Below are positions 28,849 through 38,546 of a DNA stretch of 64,000 bases, in pieces (positions within the stretch are counted from its first letter, which is position 1; each line of letters opens with the position of its first letter). The translations under genes and the position numbers were made by a program. The notes below the pieces were generated by a model. That model did not search any database, was not told where the DNA came from, and saw only the letters and a list, made by a program, of their open reading frames with translations. The DNA is from a virus (lineage: Duplodnaviria > Heunggongvirae > Uroviricota > Caudoviricetes), in the IMG/VR virus record IMGVR_UViG_3300011337_000467, positions 31,723 to 95,722 of that record; one strand, given 5' to 3'.

Positions 28849-29571
28849 ATGAGAGATTATCTATTAGACTTAGTACAACACACACATGACCTTGGTTGCA
28901 TTGACTTGATCAAGATTGTGGGTGATGACAAATCCACACAGATCGTAGGCTTGGCCGAAGATATGAGTGTGGTTGTGGAAGGTGAATTTAAAAACCCACA
29001 CCCTGATTTTGTGGGCACATTTGGCATGCCAAACTTGAGCAAGTTGAAAATTCTGTTGAGCTTGCAAGAGTACAAAGAAAATGCCAAACTCAGCTTGAGT
29101 CGTCGTGCAGGTGGAGAACCCGATGGCATCAACTTTGAAAATGCTGTGGGCGACTTTAAAAACAACTATCGGTTTATGGCCGAAGCAATTGTGACTGAAA
29201 AGCTCAAGACGCCCAAGTTCAAAGGTGTTAACTGGCATATTGAATTTGAACCCACTGTGGCTGCAATCAATCGATTGCGTATGCAGGCACAGGCCAATGC
29301 CGAGGAACCACATTTTCAAGCCAAGACCGAAAACGGCGACTTGAAGTTTTTCTTTGGTGACCATAGCACACACTCTGGCAACTTTGTGTTCCACCCTGGT
29401 GTGAATGGTCAGTTGAAACGTGCATGGTCTTGGCCTGCTCAACAAGTCATGAGTATCTTGGCCCTCACCGGTGACAAGACCATTCGCATCAGTGATGATG
29501 GTGCTGCCAAGATCACTGTGGATTCAGGCATTGTTGTTTATAACTACATCTTACCGGCACAAAGCAAGTAA
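28849..29571 (+). CDS. Hypothetical protein; its size and position beside the polymerase fit a sliding-clamp-like accessory, but no motif is seen
   Basis: 240-aa ORF with its own promoter and Shine-Dalgarno. The function is guessed from context only. Confidence 0.35.
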   Translation: MRDYLLDLVQHTHDLGCIDLIKIVGDDKSTQIVGLAEDMSVVVEGEFKNPHPDFVGTFGMPNLSKLKILLSLQEYKENAKLSLSRRAGGEPDGINFENAVGDFKNNYRFMAEAIVTEKLKTPKFKGVNWHIEFEPTVAAINRLRMQAQANAEEPHFQAKTENGDLKFFFGDHSTHSGNFVFHPGVNGQLKRAWSWPAQQVMSILALTGDKTIRISDDGAAKITVDSGIVVYNYILPAQSK

Positions 29572-29574
29572 TAG

Positions 29575-30567
29575 ATGATACAAGTAAATCCTTTTATTTT
29601 TTCAAGTTATTCAAGAGGAAGTACTGAGATTGCACACGACTGTGATCGACCGTTTAAAACTTTGACCGTCAATCTTGAGGGAAATTGTTTTTTATGTATA
29701 TGTGATGCATGGTTACCGGTTAGTGTAGGCAACGTACTCGATTTTGAATCACTGAGTGATATTTGGAACAATCCTATAGCACAGAAACTACAACAAACTG
29801 TCAAGGATCGTAAATTTACCTATTGTGCTGTAGATACGTGCGGTGTTATGGACAGAAATATAACAACACCGGACTACAGAATTAATTTTGCCATTGATGA
29901 TAGTTGCAATTTGGCCTGTCCAAGTTGTCGCGTCGGTGCTATTAACTATATCGAAGGCCCTGTGTTTGAACGTAAACTTGCACAGGTTAAACATTTTGTT
30001 AAACTGATTAATGAATTTACAGAACCGATGTCAATCGTTATGACAGGTAATGGTGATCCATTGGCCAGTTTGATCATGCGCCCATTGGTGTTAAATTGGA
30101 AACCAAAATCAAATCAAAGTGTTATACTTTTTACCAATGGATTGTTGATGAAAAAATTATTACCAGACAGTGGTATATTACCAAACATTCAAGAATTTCT
30201 AATTAGTGTAGATGCTGGTAGTAAAGAAGTTTACGAAGTAGTCAGGCGTCCTGGGCGGTTTGATGTACTACAGGATAATCTTAGTTGGTTATCTAAAAAC
30301 CGTAGACCGAACACAAATGTACTATTAAAATTTGTGTTACAATCAAAAAACTTTAATGATCTTGAAAACTTTTCTAATATGTGTCTTGAGTATGGATTTC
30401 TAGGAGAAGTTACTAAAATTGATAAATGGAATATCAAGGATTTTGATAGTCACGATGTTATTGGTAATAAGCAACATCCAAATCATGAATTGGCTGTACA
30501 AAAATTGCTCGAGATTTCAACATATAAACACATAACCATTGGATCGAGTCTTAAACAATTACTATGA
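29575..30567 (+). CDS. Radical SAM enzyme (subfamily A; N-terminal Cys-containing extension)
   Basis: 'DDSCNLACPSCRVG' CxxxCxxC and 'MTGNGDP' glycine motif. The N-terminal ~100 aa carry 'CFLCICDAW' and 'CAVDTC', analogous to 7847..8932. Confidence 0.6.
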   Translation: MIQVNPFIFSSYSRGSTEIAHDCDRPFKTLTVNLEGNCFLCICDAWLPVSVGNVLDFESLSDIWNNPIAQKLQQTVKDRKFTYCAVDTCGVMDRNITTPDYRINFAIDDSCNLACPSCRVGAINYIEGPVFERKLAQVKHFVKLINEFTEPMSIVMTGNGDPLASLIMRPLVLNWKPKSNQSVILFTNGLLMKKLLPDSGILPNIQEFLISVDAGSKEVYEVVRRPGRFDVLQDNLSWLSKNRRPNTNVLLKFVLQSKNFNDLENFSNMCLEYGFLGEVTKIDKWNIKDFDSHDVIGNKQHPNHELAVQKLLEISTYKHITIGSSLKQLL

Positions 30568-32114
30568 CACAAGATAACTTAACTACCAAGCAATTGGATT
30601 ACGCTGTGTTTCTTCCAGCCATCAGCGGATTCTATTCCACATTTGTGGGCAAGCAAAGGAATGAACAATATGTAGATCCCGCACGGTTTCCACAGGGCCT
30701 TACAGACATGGAACAGCTTAATTGGCTCAACTCCACCAAGGCTTTATTTCCGTATCGTTGGTCACTTGCGTCTGGAGGACATGCTAACCTCGATCTCTCA
30801 AAACAAGACTGGTCTGAGGACATGGTACGAAACCGAGAGCCTGGTACATTTCTCCTGGGCGACTCTGGTGGTTTCCAGATTGCCAAAGGTCTGTGGGAAG
30901 GTGATTGGAAGGCCAACTCAGGTTGTGCTAAAGCTCAAAAGAAACGCGAGCTTGTGCTTAATTGGCTGGACAATGTGTCTGATTACTGCATGACACTTGA
31001 TATTCCAACCTGGGTCATTCACGATAAAAAAGCCAGCAAGGCCTGTCAAATCTCCACACTGCAAGAAGCAGTAGACGCTACCAAGTTCAACAACGAATAC
31101 TTTATGAAACATCGTAAGGGTATTCGTAATGGTGGTACTAGGATTCTAAATGTATTGCAAGGCGACAACCACAGCAGTGCAGACCAATGGTACGAAACCA
31201 TGAAAGAATACTGTGATCCTGTCAAGTATCCAGACACACATTTTGACGGTTGGTCAATGGGTGGACAAAACATGTGTGACGTTCATTTGGTTCTACGTCG
31301 CCTGGTAGCCCTGCGCTATGACAATTTGTTGCAAGAAGGTGTGCATGATTGGATGCACTTCTTGGGCACATCAAAGTTAGAATGGGCTGTGCTACTGACC
31401 GTAATTCAACGAGCAGTTAGAAAATACGTTAATCCGGCTTTTACTATTAGTTTTGATTGTGCCAGTCCATTCCTTGCCACAGCCAACGGACAAGTGTATT
31501 ACGAAAATGTATTTGAACATGATTCAAAGTGGTCGTATCGCATGGGTCCTAGTGCCGACGATAAAAAATACAGCCTAGACACACGCAAGTGGTCAACTGG
31601 CGTGGTAGCAGATGGAATCTATCCACGCTGGGAAGACAGCCCACTAAGTGACTTGTTTCAGATGAAAGATATTTGCATTTACAAGCCCGGCGACCTAAAT
31701 AAGATTGGCAAAGAAGGCAAGACATCATGGGATTCATTCTCATATGCACTGCTGATGGGGCACAATGTTTGGATGCATCTAACTGCTGTGCAAGAAGCCA
31801 ATCGACGATTTGATGCAGGTGAACATCCTGCCATGATGCGCCGTAGCACAGGCGATTATGCTCGATTTGAAGACATTGTGGAAGCAATCTTTGCCGCACC
31901 AGATCGAGAAACTGCTGACGCTATTATTGAAACATATGATAGTTATTGGATGGAGATTGTGGGCACACGAGGATTCAAAGGTAAGAAGACCAAAAACGCT
32001 CGCACACAATTCAACGCACTGTTCTCTTTCGAACAACCAGAAGTTGACACAGAACCCGAAGACCAGTTACAATTAGAAGCATTACAACTGCTTGAAAGTG
32101 AGCAAATCAAATGA
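30564..32114 (+). CDS. dpdA: DpdA-like tRNA-guanine-transglycosylase-family protein (candidate DNA 7-deazaguanine transglycosylase)
   Basis: 'LLGDSGGFQI' matches the TGT catalytic DSGGFQ block. 516 aa. ATGA overlap with the upstream radical SAM gene. Confidence 0.55.
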   Translation: MTQDNLTTKQLDYAVFLPAISGFYSTFVGKQRNEQYVDPARFPQGLTDMEQLNWLNSTKALFPYRWSLASGGHANLDLSKQDWSEDMVRNREPGTFLLGDSGGFQIAKGLWEGDWKANSGCAKAQKKRELVLNWLDNVSDYCMTLDIPTWVIHDKKASKACQISTLQEAVDATKFNNEYFMKHRKGIRNGGTRILNVLQGDNHSSADQWYETMKEYCDPVKYPDTHFDGWSMGGQNMCDVHLVLRRLVALRYDNLLQEGVHDWMHFLGTSKLEWAVLLTVIQRAVRKYVNPAFTISFDCASPFLATANGQVYYENVFEHDSKWSYRMGPSADDKKYSLDTRKWSTGVVADGIYPRWEDSPLSDLFQMKDICIYKPGDLNKIGKEGKTSWDSFSYALLMGHNVWMHLTAVQEANRRFDAGEHPAMMRRSTGDYARFEDIVEAIFAAPDRETADAIIETYDSYWMEIVGTRGFKGKKTKNARTQFNALFSFEQPEVDTEPEDQLQLEALQLLESEQIK

Positions 32115-32644
32115 ATCGCCAAGGACACGCAGACACCAACTTCTTTGTAGGTACAGAAGTTGAGGCCAGCCCTGTTGCTGGACACCGCACATTGTTTGTG
32201 GTAGGATTGCAAACTGCATCAGATATTGACTGGAAGCGTGGCGAAATTGATGCACGATCAAAACTACCAATCACACACATCTATTTTGGTGCCAATCAAA
32301 GTTTTCCAAATCCCACTATCAATGATGCTGAAGCCTGGACTGCGTGGGAACGCATGATTCAACCGTGGTTGGACAAAGGATACTGGTGTACACTAGATCT
32401 TGATGTCAGTGCTGTGGAAGGCCTAGCTGAAGGCAGTTTGTGCGAACAGTCACAATTTATCCCAATGATATCTGTAAAACTACCTTACGTCAAACTGCTA
32501 GGTTACAATACCACAATCAAACTGGACGACAAAGATTTCAAAGCAACCAACCCCGGAGTATGGTGTCACAGCCTGCATAATTTGCTGGATAGAAAAACAT
32601 TTACCTCATGGGATCAATACACAAAGGACGAAGTAATCAAATGA
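32111..32644 (+). CDS. Hypothetical protein
   Basis: ATGA overlap with the dpdA-like gene; 177 aa. Confidence 0.4.
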   Translation: MNRQGHADTNFFVGTEVEASPVAGHRTLFVVGLQTASDIDWKRGEIDARSKLPITHIYFGANQSFPNPTINDAEAWTAWERMIQPWLDKGYWCTLDLDVSAVEGLAEGSLCEQSQFIPMISVKLPYVKLLGYNTTIKLDDKDFKATNPGVWCHSLHNLLDRKTFTSWDQYTKDEVIK

Positions 32645-33084
32645 TACAAGCTGAACGAGACACTGTAGAAAGAATCAAGCATGCCGCTCAAAGACAAATC
32701 TGGGTTACCTTCCAAAGAGAAGGCATCCACTGTTACCCAGCAGCCGCAACAGATCCAGCCCTTAAGACGGGCGATGAGTATGACGTTAGTTTCCTTGGTA
32801 CTCCTCACCGTCATATCTTCCACTTCCGGGTGTGGATTTCTGTTGTACACAATGATAGAGACATTGAATTCATCCAGTTCAAGCGATGGCTCGAAAAGCT
32901 CTACAAAGAAGGAACCATCCAACTTGACTACAAGTCATGTGAAATGATGTCGGACGATTTGTATTTGCAAATCGCTGGCAGGTATCCCGGACGCTCAGTC
33001 TGGATTGAGGTCTCTGAAGATGGTGAAAATGGAGCCCTTATTAAATATGAAACTCACCGCCCCAATATCAACATTGCTATCTAA
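32641..33084 (+). CDS. Hypothetical protein
   Basis: Start at the ATGA overlap (32641); 147 aa. Confidence 0.4.
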   Translation: MIQAERDTVERIKHAAQRQIWVTFQREGIHCYPAAATDPALKTGDEYDVSFLGTPHRHIFHFRVWISVVHNDRDIEFIQFKRWLEKLYKEGTIQLDYKSCEMMSDDLYLQIAGRYPGRSVWIEVSEDGENGALIKYETHRPNINIAI

Positions 33085-33095
33085 TAGGAAACAAA

Positions 33096-33317
33096 ATGGC
33101 AAAAATTACATACAAATCTAATCCCCGCGTGATTGAAATCCAAGAAGACTTGGAAAAACTTTTGGAGTTCTGTCAGGACTATGGTTACCGTTACAATGAG
33201 GCCGATTTGTACAACTTTAAGAGTTATGCGTGGCAACAGTTTAACAAATACTCACAAGGCAAAAACGCCAAGAACATGTGGGACGAAGACACTCGTCGCT
33301 TTGCCGGAAGATACTAA
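33096..33317 (+). CDS. Small hypothetical protein
   Basis: 73-aa ORF in the 12-nt gap after the previous gene. Confidence 0.35.
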   Translation: MAKITYKSNPRVIEIQEDLEKLLEFCQDYGYRYNEADLYNFKSYAWQQFNKYSQGKNAKNMWDEDTRRFAGRY

Positions 33318-34531
33318 TGAGAAAACTATTCTACATGGGCTTGGAAAGTTATGAAGCCCGCTACACACTGCAACTGACAGAATGGAATCGACGTGTGTTT
33401 GACCGCAGAGGACTAGATGTTGTGTATGTGCCTGGCACCACAATCGACAACACACAAGCCATCTCGGTAGGCCAGGTGTTGGACGCACACGGACGCAGTT
33501 ACTTTGCCATGAGCCAGATGATGAACTTGGTTCAGCTCATGAAGAACGGTGATGTAACTGGTGATGATGTGATCTACTTTGAAGACATGTTCCAACCAGG
33601 CTTTGAAAGTCTTGGCTACATCATGAACCAGATTCCACAAGAACAATGTCCAAAGATCTATGTTCGTTGTTTGGCACAGGCCATTGATCCTGATGACTTC
33701 GTGCATGTGTGGGGAATGGCAAAGTGGATGAACTTGTATGAACAAATGGTCAATGAGATGGTGGCTTTCTCGGGGGGTGCAGTATTGGCTACCAATGAAG
33801 AAATGGTCGCGCACATGCGCATCGCTGGATGGACTGCTCCAATCTACAACATTTCCGGCCTGGCATTTGGCAAATCAGAAGTTCTGGAGAGAATTGGCGG
33901 AACGGGAAATATCACGCCGTTTGCTTCGCGTCCGCGGAGGGTGGGTTTCGCAGCAAGGTTCGATCAAGAGAAGCAACCTGGCTTCTTTATGGACCTCATT
34001 GAGATGTATGGTGAGCTCACCAGCGAGCCATGTGAGTTTGCAATATACAGTGGCGGACCTCTCCGATCCAACAATCCAGAGTATATTGAACGTGCCCGCC
34101 GTATGGAGGCACAAGGCAAGCTCAAAATCTACGACAACATAAGCAAAAATGAATACTATGCTCATCTTAACAATACTCGTGTGTTGTTTAATTGTGCTTT
34201 ACAAGATTGGGTTTCAAACACCGTATCAGAGGCCGATACTCTTGGATGCAATGTGTTATATCCAGCGTATCGCAGTTTTCCTGAAACCTTCGCAAACGAT
34301 CCCAATAGACTGTATATTCCCTGGAGCATAGATGATGCTTATCACAAAATGCAAAACCTACTTCGCGAGCCGCACCACAACATGGGACTTATTTCCGACT
34401 GGAACAATTCCACTGTGGATCGTGTTGTGGATATTATTAGCGGTGTGGGTGAGCAATGGAATAGAGCGGGCAATCGCTATCGTGACCACGCTTCTCACGA
34501 AAAATATCAAGTTGTAAAGATCGAAGCATGA
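33317..34531 (+). CDS. GT-B (GT4-like) glycosyltransferase
   Basis: 'FAARFDQEKQPGFFMDLIE' resembles the GT4 'GRL.x.KG...L..A' donor-binding block. Start chosen at Met 'MRKLFY' (ATGA overlap). Confidence 0.5.
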   Translation: MRKLFYMGLESYEARYTLQLTEWNRRVFDRRGLDVVYVPGTTIDNTQAISVGQVLDAHGRSYFAMSQMMNLVQLMKNGDVTGDDVIYFEDMFQPGFESLGYIMNQIPQEQCPKIYVRCLAQAIDPDDFVHVWGMAKWMNLYEQMVNEMVAFSGGAVLATNEEMVAHMRIAGWTAPIYNISGLAFGKSEVLERIGGTGNITPFASRPRRVGFAARFDQEKQPGFFMDLIEMYGELTSEPCEFAIYSGGPLRSNNPEYIERARRMEAQGKLKIYDNISKNEYYAHLNNTRVLFNCALQDWVSNTVSEADTLGCNVLYPAYRSFPETFANDPNRLYIPWSIDDAYHKMQNLLREPHHNMGLISDWNNSTVDRVVDIISGVGEQWNRAGNRYRDHASHEKYQVVKIEA

Positions 34532-35490
34532 TTGTAATTGTAACCGGCTCAGCTGGATATATTGGTGGTCAGACCATGCTCACATTGAAAGATGCTGGGC
34601 ATACAGTGTACGGCATTGACCGTAGAGATCCTCCCAAGCATCTTCAAGGTGTGCCCGACGGATTCTTGTGTGAAGATTTTTCTACTGATACTGCCCTAAG
34701 TTGGATCATACAAAAACAACCCAATGCTATTATCCATTGTGCTGGCACCAGTCTTGTGGGTCCTTCAGTAAAGAATCCTTCAGAATACTACAACAACAAT
34801 GTGGCCAAAACATTGAAGTTGTTGGACATTGTTAAACAAAGCATGCCTCGTTGTAAGTTGGTGTTTAGTTCTAGTGCTGCCACATACGGCGAACCTATCA
34901 TGAATCCCATACACGAAGTGGATCCTAAAGAGCCTGTCAGTCCGTATGGTGAATCTAAACTGATGATTGACATGATGCTGGAAAGCTATCACCGGGCATA
35001 CGGTCTTGACTATGTGAGCTTTCGTTACTTCAATGCTTGTGGTGCCGATCCTGAAGGTAGGCACGGACAAGAGCCAGGTGCCACACACTTGATTGCTAAA
35101 TTTTTAGAGGCCACAAGAGATGATGGACAGTTCAGAATATATGGTGATGATTACCCTACTGCTGATGGTACTTGCATTCGCGATTATGTGCATGTGGATG
35201 ATATCGCCCGAGCCCACGCTTTGGCGTTGTATCACAAAATCCCTGCAGGGGTCTACAACCTTGGATCAAATCAAGGGTTCAGTGTCAAACAGGTAATAGA
35301 GCAGGCAAAAACTATCACTGGCAAGATGCCTCACATTGGCACAGAGGCTCGTCGAGCAGGCGATCCACCTGAACTGATTGCAAGTCCAGACAAGTTTAAC
35401 CTGGTTGCAGGGGCTTGGCGGCATCATGATTTAGATGACATGATTCAACACGCATGGAACTGGTATGTTCGACAAGATAAAAAAGTTTGA
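34528..35490 (+). CDS. NAD-dependent sugar epimerase/dehydratase (GalE-like short-chain dehydrogenase)
   Basis: 'VTGSAGYIGG' Rossmann motif and 'SPYGESK' catalytic YxxxK. 320 aa. Confidence 0.8.
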   Translation: MIVIVTGSAGYIGGQTMLTLKDAGHTVYGIDRRDPPKHLQGVPDGFLCEDFSTDTALSWIIQKQPNAIIHCAGTSLVGPSVKNPSEYYNNNVAKTLKLLDIVKQSMPRCKLVFSSSAATYGEPIMNPIHEVDPKEPVSPYGESKLMIDMMLESYHRAYGLDYVSFRYFNACGADPEGRHGQEPGATHLIAKFLEATRDDGQFRIYGDDYPTADGTCIRDYVHVDDIARAHALALYHKIPAGVYNLGSNQGFSVKQVIEQAKTITGKMPHIGTEARRAGDPPELIASPDKFNLVAGAWRHHDLDDMIQHAWNWYVRQDKKV

Positions 35491-36061
35491 AGACGAACTA
35501 GCAGAGTTCACAGGAGCACCGTATGCTGTCATGACTGATTGCTGTACACATGCCATTGAACTTTGCTTGCGATATAATCGAGTGAGAGAAGTTGTAATGA
35601 CTCCATATACCTATCTCAGCATACCTATGACCATGCACAAATTGGGTATCAAATACTACTACCGAGAAGAGGAGTGGACCGGCGAATATCGGTTCCATGG
35701 CACCCGCATATGGGACTCGGCTCGTAGACTCGAATCAGGCATGTATCGCCTGGGTACCATGCAGTGTTTGAGCTTTGGCCATAACAAGCCATTGGCAATT
35801 GGGCATGGTGGTGCCATATTGTTAGATGACAAGATAGCATATGAAACTATATTGCGTCAACGCTATGATGGCAGAGACTTAACTGTGGTTCCGTGGCAAG
35901 ACCAAAAGACTTTTCATGTGGGCTATCATTACAAACCCAGTATCGAAGATGCTGTTCAAGGTATGGCATTGTTGCAAGGTGTCAAAGAACACAATCCCAA
36001 ACCCGTACATGTGCCATACCCTGACTTGAGAAATATCAAAATCGTTGACGATTCCGTCTAA
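35465..36061 (+). CDS. Short DegT/DnrJ/EryC1-like (sugar aminotransferase fold) protein
   Basis: 'ELAEFTGAPYAVMTDCCTHAIELCL' resembles the DegT N-terminal block and 'SFGHNKPLAIGHGGAIL' the SFxxxK PLP-lysine block. At 198 aa it is only about half the size of canonical DegT enzymes. Confidence 0.35.
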   Translation: MFDKIKKFEDELAEFTGAPYAVMTDCCTHAIELCLRYNRVREVVMTPYTYLSIPMTMHKLGIKYYYREEEWTGEYRFHGTRIWDSARRLESGMYRLGTMQCLSFGHNKPLAIGHGGAILLDDKIAYETILRQRYDGRDLTVVPWQDQKTFHVGYHYKPSIEDAVQGMALLQGVKEHNPKPVHVPYPDLRNIKIVDDSV

Positions 36062-36113
36062 ATACTTTACAATTACACAAAGGTCATCCACGACCTAAAC
36101 TCGGAGAATAAAA

Positions 36114-36806
36114 TTGGAAAAACACTTATCACAAGTCCTTCGCGAACAGATGAAGGCAGAAGGCAAAAGATTTTGGGCAGGAGACAACATCAGTGAGTAT
36201 GTTGATGAAGAGACCAAACACAGTTTAATCAACGAAGCTACCAACGCATTTGAACAAGTGCTTGATGTATTACTAATCGACAGGGAAAATGATCCAAACT
36301 CAAAAGGTACCGCACAGCGTCTTGCCAAAATGTACTTCAATGAAATTATGGCTGGCCGTTATGAGGAGAGCCCTAATGCTACAGCGTTTCCAAATGACAC
36401 AGAAGGAGCGTACGAAGGTATGTTGGTGGTGCGTTCAGAGCTTAAGAGCATGTGTAGCCATCATCACCAACCTGTTACGGGTGTGGCTTATATTGGAATC
36501 ATTGCTGGACCCGTGCTCATTGGTCTATCCAAGTACACGCGGATCGCGCAGTGGTGTGCAAGACGTGGGACTCTCCAAGAAGAACTATGTATGGATATTG
36601 CTCGCGAAATTGAATTTGCGACCGGGTCAAAAGATGTCGCAGTTTATATTCAAGCTACCCATGGTTGTTGTGAGAATCGCGGTATCATGGCACACTCTAG
36701 TCTTACACAAACCACAGTTTTACACGGTGCGTTTAAGTCAGACCAAAGCGTGAAGAAAGAATTCTTTGACAACATCAAACTACAACAGGACTTTGCACCA
36801 CGATGA
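36114..36806 (+). CDS. folE: GTP cyclohydrolase I (FolE)
   Basis: 'TAQRLAKMYFNEIMAG' and 'MCSHHHQPV' match FolE blocks (TPKRVAKMY / CEHH). TTG start with a GGAG Shine-Dalgarno 8 nt upstream. Confidence 0.75.
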   Translation: MEKHLSQVLREQMKAEGKRFWAGDNISEYVDEETKHSLINEATNAFEQVLDVLLIDRENDPNSKGTAQRLAKMYFNEIMAGRYEESPNATAFPNDTEGAYEGMLVVRSELKSMCSHHHQPVTGVAYIGIIAGPVLIGLSKYTRIAQWCARRGTLQEELCMDIAREIEFATGSKDVAVYIQATHGCCENRGIMAHSSLTQTTVLHGAFKSDQSVKKEFFDNIKLQQDFAPR

Positions 36807-36916
36807 TTATTATATCTAACAAAACTGGTAACATTCAATTTCCAGTTGAAGAAGGATTGTTGGAATGGTTGCAAGCAACCTATCCCTACTCTCAGTACCA
36901 CTTGGCGGAGATTTAA
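36803..36916 (+). CDS. Micro-ORF (37 aa) coupled on both sides by overlapping start and stop codons
   Basis: ATG overlaps the folE stop (ATGA at 36803) and its TAA abuts the next ATG (TAAATG). It exactly fills the inter-genic gap. Confidence 0.3.
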   Translation: MIIISNKTGNIQFPVEEGLLEWLQATYPYSQYHLAEI

Positions 36917-37243
36917 ATGACTCGAAAAAAACCAAAGGTATCCGAAGCAGAACTGGCAGCAGCTCTTGAAGAGTTGAAACAGGAATTTGAAGCATTAACT
37001 ACAGAGGAAAATCAAATGGCAAAATCAAAAACAAAGGCCGCAGGGTCTGTTAAAAAACTCAGCGACAAGTTGACCAAGGTCAATGAAAACTTTACCATCA
37101 ACATGTATGACAATGGCTACATGATCGAGGTGGGCGGCAGAGACGACGAAGACAACTGGAAGACTGCCAAGATCATTGTTGACACTGTGGAAGAACTGTT
37201 GTTGTTGGTTCGCGAAGCAACTGAAATTGAGCGAGCAGACTAA
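36917..37243 (+). CDS. Small acidic coiled-coil protein
   Basis: 108 aa, E/K-rich N-terminal helix, acidic C-terminus. Confidence 0.4.
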   Translation: MTRKKPKVSEAELAAALEELKQEFEALTTEENQMAKSKTKAAGSVKKLSDKLTKVNENFTINMYDNGYMIEVGGRDDEDNWKTAKIIVDTVEELLLLVREATEIERAD

Positions 37244-37626
37244 TGTCCACCTGGGTGCTAACTACCAAGACCAAAAAGAACGCTGTTGAAAAGCAGTTTT
37301 GGACCAAGGATGGGCGAACTATCATCCGTGAAGAAGGCTATCGTTGGGGCAAGTTCTACTGCGAAAACGACGAGCGCCCTGATGTGGATCTTGCCAACCC
37401 AGATGGCTATGAACTTGGCGACAGTGAGTATGACTGGGAACTTGACCATCTTGATGATGGCTGTTGGGCAGACTGGACATTTCCAGATGACATGACTGAA
37501 GAAGAACAACAAGCAATCGAAGCAGCCTGGGACGAAGACTTTTACGATGGTATGGAAGGTCTAGGCTGGAGCAATGATGATACTGAATACTGGTTCTACG
37601 GTGAACTGGAACTGGAACAAGCATGA
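37243..37626 (+). CDS. Highly acidic Trp-rich protein (DNA-mimic or anti-restriction candidate)
   Basis: 127 aa with long D/E runs ('DWELDHLDDGCWADWTFPDDMTEEEQQAIEAAWDEDFYDG'). Confidence 0.4.
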   Translation: MSTWVLTTKTKKNAVEKQFWTKDGRTIIREEGYRWGKFYCENDERPDVDLANPDGYELGDSEYDWELDHLDDGCWADWTFPDDMTEEEQQAIEAAWDEDFYDGMEGLGWSNDDTEYWFYGELELEQA

Positions 37627-38546
37627 CCCTACCATTACAGCCTGAATTGATTGGACGGCCTTATGCGCCGGCTGAATGTGTTGTGGAGCAACAGCAACTT
37701 GATCTAACCCATCAAGTGTTGCAATCTACTGCACTTAACAACTTGGGCGATTCAGTAGTACCCGACTACTGTGCTCAATTTCAAAATTGGATTTTGAGCA
37801 GCCAACTAAACACTGTGACTGGGTTGGATACATTGCCAGTTGTGGCATTTAGTCAAGGCACTACAGAAGCCTTTGATAATTTTTATATCCGACATCATGA
37901 TCGACGGTTTAGAGTATTTCGTGGAGAATACATCTATCACAAACGTATATGGCAGCGTCACTATGCAGACCAATGGACGTTTATAGATGTTGATGATATC
38001 AAAACAAATGATGCAGTGATTGTGAGTTGGCCATTTGCTGATACCGGAAACACACACGAACATTTTAATCAGAAGTTCTTGGACAAGTGTTATGAATTGG
38101 GCGTGCCTGTACTGATTGACGCTGCCTTCTTTGGTGTGTGCGCAAATCAACATTATGACTTTTCTCATCCAGCTATTCAAGAGGTGGTGTTTAGTCTTAG
38201 CAAAAGTTTTCCGGTAAATGCCTTGCGTATTGGTATTAGATTTGCTAGAGAAGATTTTGAAGACGGCATGCAAATCTATCACAGCACTCAGTACGTAAAC
38301 AAGTTATCGGCTGCAATTGGTCTCAAATTAATGGCCAGTAGAAATCCAGATACCACGTTTACCAAATGGCGTTCTAAACAATTGGAGTTTTGCAATCAGT
38401 TAGATCTTGAACCAAGTGATACAGTACTGTTTGGCATAGACACCGAGCACAAATATGATCACTACAATCGTGGCAGTTTGCAAACCAATAGATTGTGTTT
38501 TAGTCGCTACTATGAGTCTGGAAAGTTAGTAGTAGATGAGCGTTAA
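37623..38546 (+). CDS. Enzyme of uncertain family (PLP-aminotransferase-like 'SLSKSFP' block or amidotransferase-like 'GVCANQ'), translationally coupled to the PP-loop gene
   Basis: ATGA overlap upstream, and its 3' end overlaps the next start by 11 nt. The motifs are only partial matches. Confidence 0.35.
   Translation: MTLPLQPELIGRPYAPAECVVEQQQLDLTHQVLQSTALNNLGDSVVPDYCAQFQNWILSSQLNTVTGLDTLPVVAFSQGTTEAFDNFYIRHHDRRFRVFRGEYIYHKRIWQRHYADQWTFIDVDDIKTNDAVIVSWPFADTGNTHEHFNQKFLDKCYELGVPVLIDAAFFGVCANQHYDFSHPAIQEVVFSLSKSFPVNALRIGIRFAREDFEDGMQIYHSTQYVNKLSAAIGLKLMASRNPDTTFTKWRSKQLEFCNQLDLEPSDTVLFGIDTEHKYDHYNRGSLQTNRLCFSRYYESGKLVVDER

Noticed and set aside
28870-29445. 191-aa minus-strand ORF antisense to 28849-29571
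   Set aside because: It lies entirely within a plus-strand gene that has its own consensus promoter and AGGAG Shine-Dalgarno, and no start context is seen on the minus strand.
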